NCBI GenBank assembly: GCA_002104905.1
Contig: MCFE01000495.1
Location: 1 to 64,000 of the forward strand
Source: Basidiobolus meristosporus CBS 931.73
Lineage: Eukaryota; Fungi; Basidiobolomycota
Length of the DNA stretch: 64,000 nt
Direction of reading: 5' to 3'
Shown here one piece after another: positions 24,841-38,600 of this stretch; position 1 is the first letter of the stretch; each line of letters opens with the position of its first letter. The translations under genes were made by a program, and so were the position numbers. The notes beneath the pieces were generated by a model that made no database searches, was not told the origin of the DNA, and saw only the letters and a list, made by a program, of their open reading frames with translations.

Positions 24841-27800
24841 TGTTGTAAGAGTCCAGGAGATAACGGAAGTGATTGGGAGCACAAGTAGATTATATGGTTT
24901 TCACTTAATGATTTATTGAATTTAAAAGTAGTATTTATACTTTTACATGGTCTTGGCATTACAAACACGTAGAATAGGTTAAGGAAGGTCCCAAGAACAC
25001 GCATGCAAAGTTTGGGGCTGTTTGGACAACTTTGAGAACTCTCATGTTCTGAGTACTTGGTATTTTGGTGAAAATATTCTAAGTAAATCCCAACAAGGAA
25101 TTTGGTGAGCATTCTCTAGGATATGAAGGTAATGATCCAAGTAATCAAGTTAGGTGAATATTCAAGTGGAAATACAAACGTTTTACAACACTCCCACTCA
25201 GTTAAATGTTCATACTGACTAGTCCTAATTTTGACCTAAGATATTCAAACTTGTCTCTAGCTAATAGTTTGGTAAACATGTCTGCAATCATTTCATCTGT
25301 AGGACAGTAAACTAAGCTAACTAAGCTATTCTCTATAGCTTCACAAATGAGCTGATGTCTAATATCTATGTGCTTGGTTCTAGCATGAAAGTTGGATTTC
25401 CACGTAATTGTAAACATCCTTGATTATCTTGAAATAAAGTAATAGGTGTTTTTTGACATGGGCCTAAATCTGTAAAAGGTTTTCTTAACCACAGTGCTTC
25501 CTTTGTAGCCTCACAGGTTACCATATACTCTGCCTCTGTGGTGGAAAGTGCTACAATTTGTTGCTTTCTAGAGTTCCATGAAATTGCTCCTTTGCAATAA
25601 AGAAAGGTGTATCCTGTGGTGGATCTTCTGTCTTCCAAGTTTTGTCCCCAATCAGCATCAGAGTATCCCACAAGATCCTGTTCTGAATACTTATAAGTAT
25701 ATCTAAAGCACTTATCAGCAGTTCCTTTTAGGTATCTAAAAATCCTCTTAACTGCTGCAATATGATCATATCCATAGTTCTGATTATGTTGGATGACAGC
25801 TCCTACTGAATATGAGATATCTGGACATGTTCCAAGTATGATATACATCAGACTGCTGACTATGGATTGACAAGGAAAGTCAGGGCTTTCAGATGGAACC
25901 AAGCTCTCTTGATTTGGTATAGTTTGACCAAGTTAAGGTTATCACCATTGGGGTAGCTGCTTGTTTACAGTCTTCCATTTAGTACTTCTTAAGTATATCT
26001 TGAATATACTTGGATTGACTTAGGGTGATATTCCAAGTACTTCTGTCTATGGAGAACTTAATCCCTAAGTAGTAACTGAGTTCTCCTAGATCAGACATCT
26101 TGAACTCCTTAGATAGGCTGGATTTAGTCTCTTCCAATGTTTCTAGGTTATTGGTGGCTATAATAAGGTCATCCACATAAAGAGCTAATAGAACTGGATT
26201 TGCTCTATTTGGCTTATAGTATATACTATAGTCAGCATTACTCCTTTTGAAACTCAGAGATTCCAAATAAGATTCTATCTTGCAATTCCAGGCTCTCAGC
26301 GATTGTTTGAGACCATATAGTGACTTTTTAAGCTTGCAGACCAAATGGGGGCTATTTTGGTCATCAAACCCATCAGGTTGATCCATATACATGTCCTCAT
26401 CAAGTTCTCCATTCAAAAATGCAGTTTTCACATCCACTTGATGAATAAAAAACTTATATTTGGCTGCAATTGCCAATATTGGTCTGATGGAATTAAACTT
26501 GGCTACCAGTGCAATGGTCTCAGTATAGTCAAGTCCTTTTGTTTGAGTGTATCCTTTGGACACAAGTCTTGCTTTGTATCTTTCAATTGTACCATCAGCC
26601 TTGTATTTTGTCTTGAAGACCCATCTGCATCCAATTGATTTTTAGTTGATTGGTAATTTGACCAAGTCCCAACTTTGATTTTCCATCAGGGCCTGATATT
26701 CCTCAGTCATTGCAGATCTCCAAAACTTTGTTTGAGGGCTATTTAGGACCTCTTTTACAGTCTGGGGCTCATCAATATGGACTGAATAGGTATAGGCTAG
26801 GTTTGTACCCTCACTGATATAGTATTTGCGCTATTTCTTGTCCAATTGGATCTCCAGGGATTTAATACTGGAATGCTCACTTCTGGGATATTCCTGGGTA
26901 CTGATTCTGGCTGAACCACAGTTGTAGAGTCCTCTGGAGTGAAAGAACTCTCATTGTTTGCTCTGATATGATCCTGACAATTGGTGGATTTGAGATAAGA
27001 TTTTTGTCATCATCTGATGTCATTTTTTGTGAAAATTTTGAATTTTCATCAAACATCACATCCCTGGACTTGATTAGCTTCCTTGCTTTGGTATTTTAGA
27101 GTCTGTATGCTTTACTCTCATTGCAGTAGCCCAAAAATATGCACTTTACAATTTTTGGCTCAAATCTTGACTGATTTCCAGGCAGTTTCTTGGCATATGC
27201 TGTACACCCAAATATTCTTGGATGTTCTGCACTTGGTCTGTAACATACCATGCTTCAAATGGAGTAGAAGCACAAAGTATTCTGTTTGACTCCTATTTTT
27301 AAGACATACATCAGTGGCAACTGATTCTGCCCAAAAATCATAAGATAATTTTTGATCATGGATCATAGATCTTGCCATATCAATTATCTATCTGTTAGCT
27401 TGTTCTGCTACTCCATTTTGCTGTAGGGAGTATAGTACAGTAGTCTCTTGCTTTATCCCATGAATTTTGCAGAAGTGGTTGAAGAGTTTTGAGGTATATT
27501 CTCCACCATTATCCAAGCGTATTTTCTTAATTTTTTCACCAGTTTCTCTCTCCACCATGGCTTTAAACTCCCTGAACCTAGACAGAGCTTCTTCTTTTCT
27601 CTCCATGAAGTAGACCCATGTGTATCTTGTATAATCCTCAATAAAAGTGATCAAATCCTTCATCCCACCTAAGGATTAATTTTGTATAGGTCCACACAGA
27701 TCTAGTGAATTAGATCTAATTTTTTCTTAGTTTTGATTAACCCAGAGCTCTTGAACAATTATATGGCTTGTTTCCCATATATGCAGGCTTCACAGTGCTC

Positions 27801-29363
27801 CAAACTAGCTGGGGGATCAATATTACTCCTGAAATTTGCTGATCTTTGATCATTTTTTGCAAATAATCAAAATTGATGTTCCCAAATCTACTGTGCCAAA
27901 GCATTGGTGTTTCTTCATTTAAGTTACTTATATTGGCTTCCAGATATGATGGAATATAAGTCAGCTTGTATAGATTTTGATCTCTGATTTGCAAAGCAAT
28001 ATGAGAACCATTTTGATCAGTGATCTTGCATCCAGAATTGTCAAAGTTGAAATTGAGTCCTTCTCCAGTGGCCTTGCTTACAGATATTAGGTTCTTGGCT
28101 ATTTCTGGTACATAGAGTACTTCTTTGAAAGTCAGTGTATGGCTTCCTTCACTGCTTCTTAGGCTTACTTGGATTGTTCCTTCTCCCAGTGCATCAAGTG
28201 TTCTATTGTCACCCATGAAAACCTTCTTAATTGGAATTTCTTGATATTGGGTAAAAAGTTCTTTTTGGTTTGTAAAGTGTTGAGATGCTCCAGAGTCAAT
28301 ATACCATGTCTGAGAATCCTTGTTTTGGTGATATGTAGTGCAGATATGAATAGTCTATCTTCAGTTGTTGCAACATTTCCATATTCAGGCTTCTTTTGCT
28401 GACTATCTTTCTGTTTGAGACACTGGTCTTATGTGTGTCCTTTTCTTTTGCAGTAGTTGCAAAACAGGTTGCTTTTGGCTTTGTAGGGTCTTGAGTACCT
28501 TCTTTGTTGGCTATCATTGCTTATTAATGCATTTTCTTCTTCCTTCTTATTGGCGCTTGATTTTCTTAATTCTTTGTCCAGGAGCCTTCCATATACATAA
28601 TTTAAGGTCAAGTCTTCAGTTCTGGACTCTAGGGCTGATACAAGGCCCTGAAACTCATCTGTCAGGCTATTCAGGATGGTAACTATCACATCCTCATCAG
28701 TAGTTGGTATGCCCACAGATTCCATATCATCTACCAGCAGGGTAATTCTGTTAATTAAATTTTTCATTTCTTCTCCTGGCAGCATCTTTGTAGTGAAGAA
28801 TTTTTGTCTCAGATACATTTTCTTAGTAGATAAACATGACTGGTAGGTGTCTTCCAATGCCTTCCAGGCATTCTTTGCTGTTTTTTCTCTTGAGCATTGA
28901 ATTAGCAATTAGTCCTAACATTAAGGCAAATGCAGTTAAAGGCACTTTGTTCTTTCTTCTGGTACTTTAAAGCTTCCTCTCCCACATTCTTAGGAGGACA
29001 TTCTTCTCTCATGACAATATGCCAAAGCCTTCTTTCTTGTAGCAGCATCTTCATCTTCACCTTCCACACTTGGTAGTCAGATCCATCCAACTTTTCAGCA
29101 GAGGGTGATATTCCAGTAATAGCAGTAGTAGACATTGCAGAGAGTGACAGCTTAGGGCTCAAAGTCTGTTGTAAGAGTCTTGGATGTATTGGAAGTGATT
29201 GGCAGGACAAGTAGATTATGTGGCTTTTGCTTGATGATGTATTGGATGTAAAAGTAGTATTTATACTTTTACATGGTCTTGGCATAAAAAAACAAAGAAT
29301 AGGTTAAGGAAGGTCCCAAGAACATGTGTGCAAAGTTTGGGGCTGTTTGGACAACTTTGAGAA
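24841..29363 (-). mobile_element. Degenerate Ty1/copia element (3' LTR 24841-25190; 5' LTR truncated, 29167-29363)
   Basis: Minus-strand ORFs for RNase H (25366-25902), RT (25979-26563, YVDDLI), integrase (27388-27663), protease (27737-28216) and gag (28429-29285). Confidence 0.95.
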
Positions 29364-32300
29364 ACACGTAATATACTTGTCCTCCCAATCACTTCTAATA
29401 TCTCCAAGACTCTTACAACAGGTTATGAGCCCCAAGCTGTCACTCTCTGCAATGTCTACTACTGCTATTACTGGAATTTTTCCCTCAGCTGAAAAGTTGG
29501 ATGGATCTAACTACCAAGTGTGGAAGGTGAAGATAAAGATGCTGCTACAAGAAAGAGGCCTTGGGGATATTGTTATGGGAGAAGAATGTCCTCCTAAAAA
29601 TGTGGGAGAGGCAGCCTTAAAGTACCAGAAGAAGCAACAAAGTGCCTTTAACTGTATTTGCCTTAATGCTAAGGACAAATTGCTAATTCAATGCTCAAGA
29701 GCAAAAACAACTAAGAATGCCTCAAAGGCATTAGAAGACACCTACCAGTCATGCTCATCTGCTAAGAAAATGTATCTGAGACAAAATTCTTTACTACAAA
29801 GATGCTGTCAGGAGAAGAAATGAAAAATCTAATTAACAGAATTTCCCTGCTGGTAGATGATATGGAATCTGTGGGCGTACCAACTACTGATGAGGATGTG
29901 ATAGTTATTATCCTGAATAGCCTGACAGATGAGTTTCAGGGCCTTGTATCAGCCCTTAAATTACGTATATGGAAGGCTCCTGGATGAAGACTTAAGAAAA
30001 TCAAGTGCCAATAAGAAGGAAGAAGAAAATGCATTAATAAGCAATGATAGCCAACAAAGAAGGTACTCAAGACCCTACAAAGGCAACAGCAACCTGTTTT
30101 GCAACTACTGCAAAAGGAAAGGACACACATCAGACTGGTGTCTCAAAAAGAGAGATTATCAGCAAAAGAAGACTGAATAGGGAAATGCTGCAACAACTGA
30201 AGATAGACTACTCATATCTGCACTAAATTTCACCGCCAACAAGGATTCTCAGACATGGTATATTGACTCTGGAGCTTCTCAACACTTTACACACTAAAAA
30301 GAACTTTTTACCCAATATCAAGAAATTCCAATTAAGAAGGTTTTCATGGGTGACAATAGAACACTTGATGCACTGGGAGAAGGAACAATCCAAGTAAGCC
30401 TAAGAAGCAGTGAAGGAAGCCATACACTGACTTTCAAAGAAGTACTCTATGTACCAGAAATAGCCAAGAACCTAATATCTGTAAGCAAGGCCACTGGAGA
30501 AGGACTCAATTTCAACTTTGACAATTCTGGATGCAAGATCACTGATCAAAATGGTGCCCATATTGCTTTGCAAATCAGAGATCAGAGTCTATACAAGTTG
30601 ACTTATATTCCATCATATCTGGAAGCCAATATAAGTAACTTAAATGAAGAAACACTAATGCTTTGGCACAGTAGATTTGGGAACATCAATTTTGATTATT
30701 TGCAAAAAATGATCAAAGATCAGCAAATTTCAGGAGTAATATTGATCCCTGAGCTAATTTGGAGCACTATGAAGCCTGCATATATGGGAAACAAGCCAGA
30801 CAACTGTTCAAGAGCTCATCCTTAGACCAGATGAAGTATTAAATCACTTTTATTGATGATTATACAAGATACACAGGGGTCAACTTCATGGAGAGAAAGG
30901 AAGAAGCTCTGTTTAAGCTCAGGGAGCTTAAAGCCATGGTGGAGAGAGAAACTGGTGAAAAAATCAAGAAAATATGCTCTGTCAATGGTGGAGAATATAC
31001 CTTGAAACTCTTCATCCACTTTTGCAAAATTCATGGGATAAAGCAAGAGACTACTGTACCATACTCCCCACAGCAAAATGGAGTAGCAGAACATGCTAAC
31101 AGATCAATAATTGATATGGCAAGATCTATGATCCTTGATCAAAAATTATCCTATGATTTTTGGGTGGAAATAGTTGCCACTGCAATATACCTTAAAAATA
31201 GGAGTTATAACAGAATACTTTGTGATTCTACTCCATTTGAAGCATGGTATGTTACAGACCAAGTGCAGAACATCCAAGAATATTTGGGTGTACAGCATAT
31301 GCCAAGAAACTGCCTGGAAATCAGTCAAATTTTGAGCCAAAGAGTGCAAAATGCATGTTTTTGGGCTACTGCAATGAGAGTAAGGCATACAGACTCTACA
31401 ATACCAAAGCAAAGAAGCTGATCAAATCCAGGGATGTGTAGTTTGATGAAAATTCAAAATTTGCACACCAAATGACATCAGATGATGACAAAAATTTGAT
31501 CTCAAGTCCACCAATTGTCAGGATTGAATCAGAGCAAAACAATGAGTATTCTTTCACTCCAGAGAACTCTACAACTGTGGTTCAGCCAGAATCAGTGCCC
31601 AGGAATATCCCAGAAGTGATCATTTCAGTATCAAATGCCAGGAGATCCAATCAAACAAGAAAGAGCCCAAATTAGTATATCAATAAGGGTACAAACTTAG
31701 CCTATGCCTATGCAGTCCATATTGATGAACCCCAGACTGTAAAAGAGGCCCTAAATAGCCCTCAGACAAAGTTTTGGAGATCTACAATGACTGAGGAATA
31801 TCAAGCCCTGATGGAAAATCAAACTTGGGACTTATTCAAATTACCAATCAACCAAAAATCAATTGGATGCAGATGAGTCTTCAAGACAAAATACAAGGCT
31901 GATGGTACAGTTGAAAGATACAAAGCAAGACTTGTAGCCAAATGATACTCTGAAACAAAAGGACTTGACTATACTGAGACCTTTGCACCAGTAGCCAAGT
32001 TTAATTCCGTCAGATTAATATTGGCTATTGCAGCCAAATATAAGTTTTTTATTCACCAAATGGATGTAAAAAACTGCATTTTTGAATGATGAACTTGATG
32101 AGGATGTGTTTATGGATCAGCCTGATGGGTTTGTTGACCAAGATCACCCCCACTTGGTGTGCAAGCTTAAAAAGTCACTATATGGTCTCAAATAATCACT
32201 GAGAGCCTGAAATTGCAAGATAGATCCTTATTTACAATCTTTAAGCTTCAAAAGGAGTAATGCTGACTATAGTATATACTATAGGCCAGATAGAGCAAAT

Positions 32301-34010
32301 CCATTCTATTAGCTCTATATGTGGATAACCTTTTTATAGCTGCCAATAACCCAGCAACATTGGAAGAGACTGAATCCAGCCTATCTAAGGAGTTCAAGAT
32401 GTCTGATCTAGGAGAACTCAGTTACTACTTAGGGATTAAGTTCTCCATACACAGAAGTACCCAGACTATCACCCTAGGCCAATCCAAGTATATTCAAGAT
32501 ATACTAAAGAAGTACCAAATGGAAGACTGTATACCGGCAGCTACCCCAATGGAGACAAACCTTAATTTGGTCAAAACTCAACCAAATCAAGAGAGCTTGG
32601 TGCCATCTGGAAGCCCTGACTTTCCTTATAAATCTATGGTTGGCAGTCTGCTGTATATCATGCTTGGAACACGTCCAGATATCTCATATTCAGTGGGAGT
32701 TGTCAGCCAACATATTCAGAACTATGGATCTGATCATATTGCAGCAGTTAAGCGGATTTTTAGATACCTAAAAGGAACTGCTGATATCTGCTTAAGATAC
32801 ACTTATAAGGTTTCAGAACAGGATCTTGTGGGATACTCTGATGCTGATTGGGGACAAAACTTGGAAGACAGAAGATCCACCACAGGACACACCTTTCTTT
32901 TGTTGTAAGAGTCTTAGAGATATTGGAAGTGATTGGGAGAACAAGTAGATTATGTGGTTTTCACATAATGATTTATTGAATGTAAAAGTAGTATTTATAC
33001 TTTTACCTGGTCTTGGCATTACAAACACGTAGAATAGGTTAAGTAAGGTCCCAAGAACATGTGTGCAAAGTTTGGGGCTGTTTGGACAATTTTGAGAATT
33101 TTCATGTTCTGGGTACCAGGTATTTTGGTGAAAATATTCTAAGTAAATCCCAACAAGGAATTTGGTCAGTATTCTCTAGGATTTGAAGGTGATGATCTAA
33201 GTGACTAAGTTAGGTGAATATTTAGGTGGAAATACAAATTTTTACAACATCTTTACTGTAAAGGAGCAATTTCATGGAATTCAAGTAGCAACCAACCGTA
33301 GCACTTTCCACAACAGAGGCAGAGTATATGGCAGCCTGTGAAGCTACAAAAATAGCAATGTGGTTAAGAAAGCTTTTTACAGATTTAGGCCTATGTCAAA
33401 AAACACCTATTTCTTTATTTCAAGATAATCAGGATGTATACAATTAGGTGGAAATCCAACTTTTCATGCTAGAACCAAGCACATAGATATTAGGCATCAT
33501 TTCATACATGAAGCTATAGAGAATAACTTAGCTAGCTTAGTTTACTGTCCTACAGATGAAATGATTGCAGACATGTTTACTAAACCATTAGCTAGAGACA
33601 AGTTTGAATATCTTAGGTCAAAATTAGGACTAGTCAATATGAACATTTATCTGAGTGGGATTGTTGTAAAAATTTGTATTTACACCTAAATATTCACCTA
33701 ACTTAGTCACTTAGATCATCACCTTCAAATCCTTGAGAATACTGACCAAATCCCTTGTGGGAATTTACTTAGAATATTTTCACCAAAATACCAGGTACCC
33801 AGAACATGAAAATTCTCAAAGTTGTCCAAACAGCCCCAAACTTTGCACACATGCTCTTGGGACCTTCCTTAGCCTATTCTACATGCTTGTAGTGCCAAGA
33901 CCAGGTAAAAGTATAAATACTACTTTTACATTCAATAAATCATTAAGTGAAAACCACATAATCTACTTGTCTTCCCAATCACTTCCATTATCTCCAAGAC
34001 TCTTACAATA
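29364..34010 (+). mobile_element. Degenerate Ty1/copia element (5' LTR remnant 29364-29420; 3' LTR 33662-34010)
   Basis: PBS GGTTATGAGCCC at 29421; gag-pol fragments 29326-32908; small internal deletions near 29955 and 30815; interrupted by a solo LTR at 32901. Confidence 0.95.
32901..33249 (-). mobile_element. Solo copia LTR (349 bp) with 5-bp TSD TCTTT
   Basis: TCTTT at 32896-32900 and 33250-33254. The host coding frame resumes after the insert (FL-YCKGAISW). Confidence 0.92.
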
Positions 34011-34786
34011 TTTTTAACAACACTAAGTTGGCAATTGTAGCTAACTAGCTTTCCTTTGACAAGCTTGTTGCTTTATTTCTGCTCACATCTGAGCAGAGAC
34101 AAAACACAAGTATTCCCAGCAAGCCTTTGCCAGAGGTTGTTGCACCAAGTGAACACCCCACACACAAATATTTTTCAGAAGTTTTGGGTATATCTCTCCC
34201 TTGGACTTATACACCACCACACTAGTGCAAAGGTCTCAATACAGTCAAGTCCTTTTGTGTAAGAGTATACTTTGGCCAGAAGTTCTTCTTAGTATCTTTC
34301 AATTGTACTATCAGCCTTGTATTTTGTCTTGAAAACCCATCTGCATCCATTTGATTCTTAGTCAACAGACCTGTTCAGTTGGAGAGTACCACATTGAGCC
34401 ATGTGTGCCAAATTGTGCCATTGCATGCCAGAGAGGCATAGCAGACCTAAACTTGGCAATAATGTGTGAAACATAGCTCTGCATCTTCAAGCAAAGCAGC
34501 TACTGTGTTTCACCCACCATGCTGGAAAACCCCATTTGTTGACCTTTGTTTTTGTATCAATGTTGTATAGGATGTGTGAGAGCACAGAAGAACTGAAGAC
34601 ATGTATCTGGTACTTAATACCCATAGCACTTTGAATCTAGCTCCTGTGGCTTGTATCATGTCACAAGAATGCATGGACTATCTTGGTTCATTGGCACAAT
34701 CTGGCACTATATATAAATATTAGCCCCAGAGTATAATCTTAGGATCAGATTGGATCTACCCATGGGACCAAGTTATTTTTCATAGG

Positions 34787-35678
34787 GTCAGTTACTACTT
34801 AAGAGTTAAGCTCTCCATAGACAGAATTACCCAGACTATCACCCTAAGTCAAGTCAAGTATATTCAAGATATACTAGAAAAGTACCAAATGGAAGACTGT
34901 ACACTGGCAGCTACCCCAATGGAGTCAAACCTTAACTTTGTCAAAACTTAACCAAATCAAGAGAGCTTGGTGCCATCCAAAAGCCCTGACTTTCCTTATC
35001 AATCCATAATTGGCAGTCGGATGTATGTTATGCTTGGAACCTGTTCAGATATCTCATTTTCAGTGGGAGTTGTCTGCCAACATAATCAGAACTATGGATC
35101 TGATCATATTGAAGCAGTTAAGCAGATCTTTAGATACCCAAAAGGAACTGCTAGTATCTGCTTAAGATACACTTATAAGGATTCCAAACAGGATTTTGTG
35201 GGATGCGCTGATGCTGTTTGGGCACAAAATTTAGAATACAGAAGATCCACCACAGGACACATCTTTCTTTACTGCAAAGGAGCAATTTCATGAATTTCAA
35301 GAAAGCTACTAACTGTAGCACTTTCTACCATTGAGGCAGAGTGTATGGCAGCCTGTGAGGCTACAAAAAAAACAATGTGGCTAAGAAAGCTTTTTACAGA
35401 TTTAGGCCTATGTCAAAAAACACCTATTACTTTATTTCAAGATAATCAAGGATGAGGACAACTAGGTAGAAATCCAACTTTTCATGCTAGAGCTAAGCAC
35501 ATAGATATTGACACCATTTCACATGTGAAGCTATTGAGAATAGCTTAGTTAGCTGAGCTTACTGTCCTACACATGAAATTGTTGCAGACCTATTTACCAA
35601 ACCATCAGCTAGGGACAAGTTTAAATATCTTAGGTCAAAATTAGGACCAGTCAGTATGAGCATTTAGCTGTGTGGGAG
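34787..35678 (+). mobile_element. Copia RT/RNase H 3' fragment ending in a PPT
   Basis: ORF 34967-35293 (PDFPYQS...YCKGAIS). GTGGGAG immediately precedes the LTR at 35679. Confidence 0.85.
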
Positions 35679-38600
35679 TGTGGTAGAAATTAGTAGTTCC
35701 ACCTAAGTATTCACCTAACTTAGTCACTTAGATCATTACCTTCAAATCCTTGAGAATACTGACCAAATCCCTTGTGGGAATTTACTTAGAATATTCTCAC
35801 CAAAATACCAGGTACCCAGAACATGAAAGTTCTCAAAGTTGTCCAAACAGCCCCAAACTTTGCACACATGCTCTTGGGACCTTCCTTAACCTATTCTACA
35901 TGTTTGTAATGCCAAGACCATGTAAAAGTATAAATACTACTTTCACATCCAATACATCATCAAGCAAAAGCCACAAAATATACTTGTCCTCCCAACCACT
36001 TCTAAGACTTCCAAGACTTTTACAACAGACCTTGAGCCTCAAGCTGTCACTCTTTGCAATGTCTACTACAACTATTACTGCAATTTTTTCCCCTGCTGAA
36101 AAGTTGGATGGATCTAATTACCAAGTGTGGAAGGTAAAGATGAAGATACTGCTGCAAGAAAGAGGTCTTTGGGATATTCTCATGGGAGCAGAATGCCCTG
36201 CTAAAAATGTGGGAGAGGAAGCCTTAAAGTACAAGAAGAGAGAACAAAGTGCATTTAACTGCATTTTCTTTAATGTTAAGGACAAATTGATAATTTGATG
36301 CTCAAGAGCAAAAACAGCAAAGAATGTGTGGAATGCATTAGACAACACATACTAGTCATGTTCAGCTGCTAAGAAAATGTATCTGAGGCAACAATTCTTT
36401 ATTACAAAGATGCTGCCAGGAGAAGAAATGAAAAATCTAACTAACAGAATTACCCTGCCGGAGGATGAAATGGAATCTCTGGGTGTACCAACTACTGATG
36501 AGGATGTGCTAGTAACTATCCTGCATAGCCTGACAGACAAGTTTCAGGGTCTTTTACCAGCCCTGGGGTCCAAAACCAAAGATGTGACCTTAAATTACAT
36601 ATATGGAAGGCCCCTGGATGACAAATTAAGAAAATCAGGTGCCAATAAGAAGAAGAAAATGCTTTAATAAGCAATGATAACCAACAAAGGAGGTACCTAA
36701 GACCCTACAAAGGCAACAGCAACCAGTGTTGCAACTACTGCAAAAGCAATGGACACACATCAGATCATTGCTTCAAAAGGGATAAAATCAGCAAAAGAAG
36801 CCTAAATATGGAAATGCTGCAACAACTGAGACAGACTGTTCATATCTACACTAAAAATGGCCACAAACAAGGATTCTCAGATGTGGTATATTGACTCTGG
36901 AGCATCTAAACACTTAACATAGCAAAAAGAACTTTTTACCCATTATCAAGAAATTCCAATTAAGAAGGTCTACATGGGTGACAACAGAACACTTGATGCA
37001 TTTGGAGAAGGAACTATCCAAGTAAACCTAAGAAGCAGTGAAGGAAGCCATACACTGACCTTTAAAGAAGTACTTTATGTACCAGAAATAGCCAAGAATC
37101 AACTATCTGTGAGCAAGGCCACAGCAGAAGGACTCAGCTTCAGCTTTGACAATTCTGGATGCAAGATAACTGATCAAAATGGTGTGCATATTGCATTGGG
37201 TATCAGAGATCAGAATCTATACAAGTTGATCTATATTCCATTATATTTGGAAGCCAATATAAGTAACTTAAATGAAGAAACACTAATGCTTTGGCATAGG
37301 AGATTTGGGCACATCAATTTTGGTTATTTGCGCAAAATGATCAAAGATCAGCTATTTTCCAGAGTAAAAGTTGATCCCCCAGCTAGTTTGGAGCACTATG
37401 AAGCCTGCAGATAGAGGAAACAAGCCAGATGACCATTCAAGAGCTCTGGGTTAATCAAAACTAAGAAAAAATTGGATCTAATGCACTCAGATCTGTGTTG
37501 ACCTATGCAAAATTTATCCTTAGGTGGGATGAAGTATTTAACCACTTTTATTGATGATTATACAAGATATGTGAGGGTCTACTTCTTGGAGAGAAAGGAA
37601 GAAGCTCTGTCAAAGTTCAGGAGGTTCAATGCCATGGTGGAGAGAGAAACTGGTAAGAAAATCAAGAAAATACACTCTGTCAACGTTAGAGAATATACTT
37701 CAAAACTCTTCATCCACTTCTGCAAAATTCATGGGATAAAGCAAGAGTCTACTGTACCCTACTCCCCACAGCAAAATGGAGTAGCAGAACATCCTAACAG
37801 ATCAATAACTGATATGGCAAGATATATGATCTACGATCAAAAATTATCATATGATTTTTGGGCAGAATCAGTTGCCACTGCTGTATACCTTGAAAATAGC
37901 AGTTATAACCAAGTACTTGGTAATTCTACTCCACTTGAAGCATGGTATGGGTACAGACCAAGTGCAGAACATCCAAAAATAATTTGGTGTCAGCATATGC
38001 CAAGAAATTGCCTGGAAATCAGTCAAAATTTGAGCCAAAAAGTGTAAAATGCTTATTTTTGGTCAACTGCAATGAGAATAAAGCATACAGACTCTACAAT
38101 ACTGAAGCAAAGAGGCTAATCAAGTCCAGGGACGTGTTGTTTGGTAATATTCAAAATTTTCACAAAAAATGACATCAGATGATGACAAAAAACTGATCTC
38201 AAGTCCCCCAATTGTCATACTAGATCAGAGCAAAACAATGAAAATTTTTCACTCCAGAGGACTTTAAAACCATGATTCAGCCTGAATCAGTGCCCAGGAA
38301 TATCTCAGAAGTGAATATTCCAGTGTCAAATGCCTGGAGATCCAATTGGACAAGAAATAGTGCAAATTACTATATCAATGAGGGTACAAACTCAGCCTAT
38401 GCCTATTCAGTCTGCGTCAAATTACCAGTCAACCAAAAATCAATTGGATGCAGATAGGTTGTTAAGACAAAGTACAAGGCTGATGATACAATTGAAAGAT
38501 ACAAAGCAAGACTTGTGGCCAAAGAATACTTTCAAACAAAAGGACTTGACTATACTGAGACCTTTGCACTGGTAGCCAAGTTTAATTCAATCAGATTAAT

